Source of the DNA: Cystobasidiomycetes sp. EMM_F5 | Taxonomy: Eukaryota | DNA length: 64,000 bases | Direction of reading: 5' to 3' | NCBI GenBank assembly: GCA_051047955.1 | Contig: JBPGPT010000014.1 | Span: forward strand, 186,001 to 250,000 | Part shown: one piece after another, positions 54,656 through 64,000 of the stretch | Layout of the letters: each line of letters begins with the position of its first letter | Numbering within the stretch: position 1 is the stretch's first letter | Notes under the pieces: model-generated | Told to the model about the DNA's origin: nothing | What the model saw: only the letters and a program-made list of their open reading frames with translations | Database searches by the model: none | Position numbers and translations under genes: made by a program

Positions 54656-57600
54656 ATGTCCGAGGACGACGACCTCTTTGATGATGACATTGATGACAGC
54701 GTACTCCGCGAAGTCGCACAGCTTGAAGCTCAGGCCAGGCCGGCAACAAGCGCGAAACAACAAAACAATGGCGGACCTGCAGTCTCGAGAGGGAACATGC
54801 AGCCAGCGGTACTCAAACCAAGCAATGTCTCTTCTCGACTTCCCAATACGAAGATACTGCATCGCGCAACCTCGAACGGCACACTAGGCGCAACTAGCGT
54901 TTCAGCTGCTGGCAGTACGCATATAGCAGAGATGGGACCAGCTTTGCAGCAGAAGGATCTCTTCGGTAATATCCTTCCATCGAAAGCTTCCACATCCAAC
55001 GCGGTCGCCTCAACGTCGAAGGTACCGCCATGGCAAGCGACAACGTCGTCCACGCTAAGTGGCGGAACTACAACCGATAAAGTCCGCACAATCCTTATAA
55101 AGAAGTGGGACCAGACACATTATGCGAAGAGCGGTGCCGTCCGTAATCACGCTACTAAAAGCAAAGCCTCAGCCTCAAAAAGTCTCAAAGCCGGAGGCAA
55201 GGGAAAGGGAAAGGGAAAGGCGACGACTTATGACGAAGATGGTGGTCTGGATGACGACGTTGAAGACGACGATGGCATCTCTGATGATGACGAGATTGTC
55301 GGACCTCCAGCACCAATGAAAATACAGCCAGATCGCGAAGCCTGCAAGACATTTGTGTATCCCCTCAACAAGCCTCTTCGAAAGTATCAATACGATATCG
55401 TCACAAAGAGCTTTTATACAGATACACTAGTGGCCCTGCCAACGGGTCTAGGAAAGACTTTCCTGGCAGCTGTCCTTATGCTTAATTTCTACCGGTGGTT
55501 TCCAAAAGGCAAGATCATTTTCATGGCTCCGTCTCGGCCTCTGGTCACACAGCAGATTAAGGCGTGTCATGGGATCGCCGGCATCCCGCTGCAGGACGCC
55601 GTCGAGCTCACTGGCAAAGATCCGCCGGAAAAACGGCAAGAACAGTGGGATACGCGTCGACTATTCTACTGTACACCACAGACCGTAATCAACGATTTAC
55701 GCAACAAGAGGATTGATTCCACCGACATTGTTTGCATAGTTGTCGATGAGGCGCATCGAGCCATGGGAGGGTATGGTGAGCTGTGAAAGTCTAGTGGTCT
55801 GCACTTTCCAATTCTCATCATTCCATCACTGCAGCGTATACCAGGGTTGTACAATACCTCATGAAACGCAATCCTCATTTCAGAATTTTGGCTCTGACAG
55901 CCACGCCGGGAGGCAATGCGGAAGTCGTTCAAGCTGTAGTGGACAACCTGCATGTATGTCGATATCCGTTTCAGCGTTGCTTCCGGTCACACTGACGACC
56001 CCTCAGATCGGGCATATTGAAGTTCGAACGGATGAGTCTTTGGATATCCGTCAGTATATACACAAGAAGGTATGGTCTTGCGACATCAACAATACTGATC
56101 CGGATGTCAGCTGAATGTAGCTTGCAATTTTAGAAAATAGAGCTGGTCGTGATACCCATACAGGGAGAGTTGCAGAGCATTAGCGATCGCTTCGGCGCGC
56201 TCATGGATATCCTTCTTCAGCCGCTGAAGCAGCGCGGTGTCTTCCATACAGCGAAGCAAAATCCGGCCCATATTCATGCATACGCGTTTCAAAAGGCGTC
56301 TCAGCGCGCTCATGCCGCAGGCGTTGGCTGGGCAATCACACAGCTAACATTCCTTGGTGCCATGTCGCGATGCATCGTCAAGCTATTGGAGCAGTCAGTG
56401 TCAGCGTTCAACGAGAGCCTGAGAGATCTACAAGGCCAAGCCAAGGGAAAAGCAAAAGAACTCATGGTTCATCCTAATTACGCAAGTATCGTAAGAGACA
56501 CTCAGGACATTGTAAATGGTCGCGATTTTGCTGGACATCCGAAGATGGTCAAGCTGCGAGAAATGGTTCAATCGCACTTCAAACAAGCCGAGCAAGACGG
56601 ATCCTTGGAAACTACCCGTATTATGGTGTTCTGCTCGTTTAGGGAGGTTGTCGAGGAAATAGTAGAACGTCTTAATCGGACCGAGGGCATACGGGCGACT
56701 CGCCTTGTAGGACAAGGTACGGATGCTAAGGGCAAAAAGGGTTTGGCTCAGAAGCAACAAAACGAAGTCCTGGCAAAGTTCAAAGGCGGTACATACAACG
56801 TTTTGGTTGCCACGTCTATCGGGGAAGAAGGCCTTGACATCGGTGAACTCGACCTCATCATCTGCTACGAGGCTCCAAAATCGTCAATCAGGACCGTAAG
56901 ACGGTAAAGTAGCTCACGTACGGATACGAATACTGATGCATTCATTTGCGATGACCCTAGTTACAACGCGCCGGTCGGACAGGGCGAGCCAGGGATGGCA
57001 AAGTCATCGTCTTGATGACCGAGGGCATCGAAGAGTCAAATGTGTGGATTCCTTCTCGCCTGCAATTGTGAAGGCACGTCTGACGCTGCCTTTGATAGTG
57101 GCAAACAGCAAACGACAACTACAAGGGCGTCGAAAATGCGATAGTATCGGGTAAACTGTTCGAGCTGTATGCAGACTGCAAAAGACTCGTGCCGGACGAC
57201 ATACGGCCGGCGCCTGACAAGCGCGTTGTCGACGTTGAACCTTTCGATCCGGAAAAGATGGGTGTCAGTAGCAGGCGTACCTCGAAAAAGCGCGTACGGG
57301 AGGAGGGAGACAAGCTTGACCTCTTCGAATCTGGCTTCCAAAAAGCTAGCGGTCGGCGCATTCGCCCTAAGGCGGATGACATGGACGGAGAGCAAGACAC
57401 ACGGTCCAGTGACGCAAATCCGATGTACATCGCAGACGGCGATGGGACACTTTCTGTCGCAGAGCAGTCAGAGCTGGCACGATGCAAGCAGATACCCAGC
57501 ATTCAAGCAGCTCAGTCAGCGCACCAGCGCCTCACAAAGCTCGCACCTCAGGCGGCGAGAAGGGGTTTGCTGCAGACTTACACCGGCATGTCTCGCTTCA

Positions 57601-59268
57601 ACTCTACAATGAGTCGTTCAACGACGCTCGTAAAGATCTTCGAAGCCGGCCGATTGATGAGTGCGGATCCAGCACGCTACAAGGAATGGGAACAGAATAC
57701 TTACCCCCATTTTCGGAATAGCAACGTCAATTGGTGGGCAGACAGCAAAGTCGGGACTGGTAGGGACTCTTCCTTCAAGAGCATGCGGGTATTGCCACAA
57801 GACAGGACGAATTACAGTCCATCCTGTCTCATCTCTGCAAGCGATAAAGCACAGGACAACCTACCCCAGGATGGTCTTGAAAATGCAGAAGACAAGCATT
57901 TTCAGATCACCAACAATGTCCGCTCTAGTCGTGCTCCAGAGAGCGATGACGATGACGACCTACCGGATTTGCCAACGATAGCGCGCAACACCACTAAAGA
58001 TATCAAGGTTGGAAAAATCGTTGCCCGTGCAAAACCGCGACTATCAAGCTCGCCTGCCTTATCACGCCAAAGTTTGGAGGCGAAGTCGACTTCGAAAGCA
58101 GCGTCAACGGGAAAGGATGTGGTGGTCATCGATCTTGACGGCGACGATGACGTCGACGATGTCCACCAATCTGACCGGTAAGCAGTTCGAAGTCATACGA
58201 TTGCGATCATTGCTAACGTGCGTGGCGTATCAATCTAGCTCGAAGCAACCCAGAAATTGGTCGTCGCCAAGACAAAGGAAAGCAGCCAGTCCACGTTCGC
58301 AAGACAGAGCATCCGGCAGCGGGCCCAGACCTCCCTCGCCCGGGCTGGCGGCCATCCCGCAACTATCGGAGGCGGATCTCCCTTCCCCTTTAGTCGCCCA
58401 ACAGTCGAGCGCTCTTCGGGTCATCGATGTTCATGAAGACGACTCGCCGCTTGTTCCGCTGCGCCGTAAGGCGGTTAAGCGAATAATCGCAGACGACGAA
58501 AGTTCGTCACCCAACAAGGTTGCCAGAATAACGGGACCCGTTCCTGCGAACGATGTCAAACACAATGCGACGCAAGTTTCTGCGCAGGTCATTCGGAGAA
58601 AGCTTGTGCGAGCATCCGACATGCCAGAAGCAAAAACATCGGAAGTCAAGATGGGTCAACCCCGAAAAAGGAAGGCTAAGTTGCTGCCTGGCGATGCTTG
58701 CCCCTTCTTCGATCTTCGGGCTGTCAACTCTGATGATCCAGACAGCCTGACAGACTCTGATGGTGATGATGAAGGACCGCCAGAAACGTAAGTTTGGTTG
58801 TTGCCTGCGTTGATCGAATTCATCGTTTGCTAAATATCCATCCGTACAGTCATGGAGACCGTCGCTTTGTTGCCAGTGATGGTATGGCGTCAGATCCTGC
58901 TGACATGTCAGCCTTCTATCGCGAAAGTCTCATGTCACAAGCAAATCATCGCTTTCAGCACGATGTAAAGCGTCCGGGTGCCTACAAGATGGAGAACAGG
59001 TGAGTGGGGGCAATCACCATTTTGCTATTAGTCCTGATTACCTTGCCCAGAGCACGCAGGCGTAGATCGATTGTGAGATCGGCAGATAACTCTCCAGGGG
59101 ACGCTTCGCAGTGGCAATTCGGCAGTTTTGTTGTCGGTGAGTGTCTAGAACATAGTCTGTGTCTTTCTCCGCCAACCTGTTTTGAGCTCAGATGATGATG
59201 ACGATATTATATACGAGGATGAAGGTGATGACCTCTCAATAGCAGATAAATTCACATCGGAGACGTAG
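54656..59268 (+). CDS. MPH1: FANCM/Mph1 DEAH DNA helicase
   Basis: LRKYQ, LPTGLGKT, TPQT, DEAHRA, LTATPG, HPKM, ATSIGEEGLDI, QRAGRTGR; long acidic disordered C-terminus. Confidence 0.93.
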
Positions 59269-59383
59269 TTCAAGGTTACATGAGTAGCGCGCTCTAGCAC
59301 TTGCTGTAATCCATCATAATTCGGAGCTCGAGCGGCCAGAGGCATGATACAACGACACAATTTGCCTAATTATCCCTGCTCAC

Positions 59384-62300
59384 TTACAGATACAGAGATG
59401 GATTGAATACCACACTGCTCTGCCGTTCCAACTTTGTCAAGCTTTCTATAAACTTCTGCTCCAGCTCGGTATTGCCTATCACTTTGGCAGCCATCGCCAT
59501 CTGACGGAGCAACTCTTGTAGACGGCGGAAAACGCGAATCAATGATCCTTCGAAAACATCCGACATCTGCAGGACTGCATCAGTAACCTCTTCGCGATGC
59601 AATACGGTCACGACTTACTTTGCAGATTTCGGCGAATGTCGCTCCTCTACACCACCGAAGGACAACGTCCATCATGCCAGTTTTGAAAGATGCAACATAT
59701 TCATCTTCGTTGATGACAAGTTTAGACTCTTTCGAAACCTTTGCGATGTTGCGAGCGAATTCTTGCATGCGCCGGAGTGGTGCGGCTAGCTCTTCTCTGA
59801 GTTTGGCAGTCGTCTCGGTCTTCTCGTCAAAAACGAAACAGCTGCACAACGCTGCGCATTGCTCGGCTGTCAAATCATTGAAGACGCCATGGAAGATTAG
59901 CTCGGTGAGCAGAAGCTGCGCAAGACAGCTACATTAGTATCTTCCAAAACATTTGCGGGCGATGTACAAAGGCACCTCGTCGCCGCTGCTGATCTCACAA
60001 GCCACTCTGCCTTTCATCTCTACGACATCATCACTGGTGGTGAATTCCAATCGCCGTAGTACTCGCTTCCGCTGCTTGAGTTCATCGAGGTGTATGACGC
60101 TATTGGCGGCAGAAATCTTGCGTTTGATTGCCTTGATCTGATTGGTTAGGTTCTGCTTAGCAGCATACAGATCGTATTGCGCTGGTAGCTGAGCAGAGTC
60201 GTACAGCTTATTAGCTCGCAGCGCCTCCTCCAGCGCTTCGATCTTCTTCAGCATCTGCCGGAACTCCTTATCTTTGATACCCATGTTTTGTACAGGGTCT
60301 AAAAGGCCTATGCCTTGCGGAAATCTTCGCTGAACCTCTTTGACGTTTTTGAACATCTGCTCTCGCGCGGCTGGCGGCTTTAGATCTTTCGGTAAGAACA
60401 AGCGTATCTGACTGATGCTCGCTATTGCGGACAACAAAGCTGGAATGACGACATACTCGCCCTTGGCTCCTGGAGGACACGGCCGTATTCCCGTAACGCT
60501 GGAAAAATTTTCCCCAGTCTTAACTTTTGTTGATGTGGCGCCAACATCAGCATGTACGAGAACATCTACAATGTATGTCTCTTGGGCCGGTGTCCCATCT
60601 GGCAGCGGTTGGCTGCGAGGCCCGAGCCTCTTTTGGTAATTGACCACACAACACCAGCCGAAATCCATATCGCCATGCCGTACTTGCACCAATCGACCAG
60701 GCTGCAAGAATGGCAGACTATATTGCGGATGCTGTATCACGGCTTTTAAATCACTGTTTAGCTCATCAAGTCGTTGTCGGATCTCGTAGTAGTCGGCAAT
60801 GGTGTCTTCGTCCTTGATCTCGATCTCCCTCCTGGATACATCCAGCTGAGCGATTTCTACAAATTTCGAATTACACAATCTCTCTTCCGCTAAGGTGATA
60901 AATGTACTCACCTTTCTCCAATCGAGGAACAGATGTTGAATTTTGAAACTGATAGAAACACCGGGACAGCATGCTTTCTGGACTGATGCCTTCGACTCGT
61001 ATAAGATTCAGGATCATATTGTAACCGAGATGAAATGCCGAATCGAGTCTGTCGGCCACGCCTTTCACCATGCCTTTCGCTGCAGCTGGTTCCAATTTCT
61101 CGTCGCACATCATTATGACGATTCCGCGATCATCCAGCCCTCGTCTTCCGGCACGACCAGACATCTGGATGTATTCGCCTCCCGTTAGGTTTCTGAAATC
61201 CTTGCCGTCCCACTTCCGAACATTCGTGAACACGACAGTCTTTGCAGGCATGTTAAGACCGATTGAGAAAGTCTCAGTCGCAAATAGTACCTTGATGAGT
61301 CCTTCCTGGAAGAGAATCTCGATGACCTCCTTCAACAAAGGCAGTAAACCTCCGTGATGAATACCGATGCCCCGCTTCAGCAAGGGCAAAATCTGCTCTA
61401 TTTGCGGCAGGTTCCTATCCTCTTCCGAAAGTCCTGATATGGCGTTTTCGAATACGTTGGCTACCATATCTCTTTCTTCATCCGTATTGAATTCCAGCTT
61501 GGTCATTTGTATGGCTAGTCCTTCGCACTCCTTCTTGCTGAATGCGAAAACAATGACAGGGTTATACTGCTTGAGCATAATCATTTTGACAATCTTGTAG
61601 ATATCGGATGGGCCTCTGGTCCCACCCTTACGTGATTTGCCTTTCCTGCCCTTGCCGCCATCGGCAGAAGCTGGGTCTTCCCCTTGTCCATCTGTCAGAG
61701 CAGCCATTGCTTTTTGGAAGTTGTCCTCTCGGAAATTGCCTTTCTCATCCACTACAAGATGAATACCTTCTCCGTGCTGCGGAAACAGGTAATGCTGTAG
61801 CGGGGTCGGACGGTAATCCGTGTAGACTACGTGACAAGGTTGCCCATGAATCTTGCAAATCCATTCTGCAAACTCCATAGCGTTCGGAATGGTTGCCGAC
61901 AGGAATACGAGGTGAACCTTTGGCGGTAATAGGATGATAGTCTCCTCCCACACGACTCCTCTAGACTTGTCGCGCATGTAGTGAATCTCATCGAATATAA
62001 CCCAAGCTACTTCGCGCATTACTTCAGAGCCACGATACAGCATGGACCGCAGAATCTGGTCCTTATTGTCAGTATTAAGTATGAATTCGGTCCATGAGAG
62101 CGAGCATACCTCGGTCGTCATGACAAGACAACTCGCTGTCGGATTTATCGTGACGTCGCCCGTCATCAAACCCACGTCACCAAATTCTGCGAGCATTTCC
62201 CGGTATTTCTGATTAGATAACGCCTGTTGGACACCAAAATGTTCAGGCCCTGCGTGCTCAACACTCTCATTAGATCGCACCTTGATTGGACTGGTGTAGA

Positions 62301-63048
62301 TTACACGCTGCTTGTCTCGCAAGCATTGCGCTATAGCGTACTCTGCAACAACCGTCTTTCCCGCCGACGTATGCGCAGAGACGAGTACTGATTCATCTCG
62401 CTGTATGGAAGCCACACTGACTTTCTGGAAAGGGTCCAATTCAAATGGATACACTCGAGCAGGAACTGCAGGAGGGACATGCTTCGATAATGGAACATAT
62501 GGATACCCGGGCGGTATGGCGACTTGGTGCCTCACTTGATGAGACAGCGTTATCTTGCCTCCAGCTTCTCCGGTAGCCGCACTGCTGCTTTGCAAGCCAG
62601 CACTGGCATTGAACGCCACTGTCGCTTCCTCTTCGAACGAATCTCCAACAAGCGGTTGCTGCTCATCGTCCAAGACATCTAGCTTATTTCTGACTGCCTC
62701 ATTGTCGCTTTTGTACTCCCTGAGCGCATTTCCATTTGCTAGACCACCCACAGTATCGCTAGCGGCGTGAGAATTGCTGCCGTTCTTTTGCTTCTTAGAC
62801 GAGGAGTGTACATGCCCGTTGGGAACATTATCGGCTTTGGTGACTTCTTTCCGCTGTCTCGAATCATCGCTGCTCTCGCTGCCCTTTTGCGAATTGGTTT
62901 CGTCGACTTCGCGATGCCGCCGTTTCTTTTTGCGCTCAGACTTGGTCGGACTCTCGACAATTGAGTCGGGCGCTGTATCTGCTACTAGCGCACTGGTGCT
63001 GGCCATAGGCTGCGCCGAGAAGGCTGCGAACAGGTCATCATCTTCCAT
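59384..63048 (-). CDS. MTR4: Ski2-like RNA helicase Mtr4
   Basis: [37 protein letters not shown], arch domain, C-terminal SLYL*. Confidence 0.95.
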
Positions 63049-63313
63049 TTTTCAGCGGCAGTGGGTTGTGTCGAAAGCTGACCGTGCAATGTTAAAATCT
63101 GTCTGATATCATGGCACCGAAGATCCGTCTGCACATTGCCGACTGAACGGCGATGCGTATCTATTGATATTCACGGGTATACATTTGAAATCATCCTGAA
63201 ATCGCAGAGTCCACTATGCTACTCCCAAATGCTGTCAGTGTCACCAGGTTGCGTTCGACTACTATGAAATGGATTGCTTGGGGCCCCGACTTGTATGAGA
63301 TGACATGTGTGAT

Positions 63314-63930
63314 TCATCGGTACACTTCGACGTTAAACAATTTTTTGACAGCCTCAGAGTGGCCTGTAACCCTATAAAGCAAAGACACGACATCAGCATT
63401 ACGAACAAGCGCGAGGACGGATAGTCATACCATATTGGACCTCCCCTCCAGAAGGGCAAGATGTCACCCTTGTCCTTCCTCCTGCGTTCGATGTGTTCCA
63501 TGATTTCGCCGTTTTGAAACAGGCGGACATCCTTGCCGCTGACTTTCCCATCGCGCCTACTGGCCGCAAGCATCCACAAACCGACAGCATCGAGTTGACT
63601 TGTCAGACCTCCGTTCTGAGTCTGGGAAGCGATGTGTGCAAGCTCTCCTCTCGTGTAGCGCTTGTCAGAATCTATCGAAGGGAAAGCACTTGGGCCTCCT
63701 AGTAGTTTTCGAGCGGAACGAACGGATGGGACGTGGATGCTCAAAGATAAAAAGCCACAGTTGCCAAAGATGAGGTGTCGGATGGAGGCGAGCAAGAGGG
63801 CCAGAGGAGCATTCAGGCCGAGACTGAGATCTCCCCTAAAAGAATCCATGAAAGAGACATGTTCGGAATTGGGAGATCTGCCTTTCTTTGCAAAGAAGGT
63901 CAGTAGTCTGTGGAAGGGTGGATTCGACAT
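63314..63930 (-). CDS. Divergent caleosin-like protein
   Basis: LTFF...DSFRG..LGLNAPLALLLA..RH and LWMLA...DGKVSGKDVR..NG..MEHIERRR resemble caleosin; one intron near the 3' end; a further 5' exon is possible. Confidence 0.5.
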
Positions 63931-64000
63931 GGTTCGCGTTGCCGCTGTCTAGACCTGCAGGATTACAAGAAATTCGCTGTTTGCTGATCGATGACGCGGG

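Overview
Gene-dense, intron-rich eukaryotic DNA with short (~50-70 nt) GT-AG introns and CTRAC-like branch points. It is fungal and most likely a basidiomycete yeast (taxonomy inferred). About 29 spliced genes are supported: tandem FAD amine oxidases, CSN3, LYS4, a WOPR factor, MCM2, an aspartic protease, TRR1, profilin, TPI1, an HMG-box factor, GOT1, a SET-MYND protein, ILV5, PMC1, a thioesterase, RPL8, a TVP38-like protein, MPH1, MTR4, a caleosin-like gene, several hypothetical genes and a five-gene sugar-acid cluster. Two things stand out. (1) The cluster at 38.2-47.3 kb encodes a DgoD-like dehydratase, a KduD/IdnO-like SDR, a PanE-like 2-keto-acid reductase, a Zn polyol/idonate-type dehydrogenase and an ACS-family MFS transporter, and its promoters share a CGCTAGCCG motif. 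(2) The inferred first intron of RPL8 (eL8, L7Ae family) is ~770 nt, densely base-paired and carries a kink-turn-like motif, suggesting autoregulation or a hosted ncRNA. No transposon, rRNA, tRNA or CRISPR array was recognised. Gene spans include introns, and all exon boundaries and RNA pairings were read by eye.
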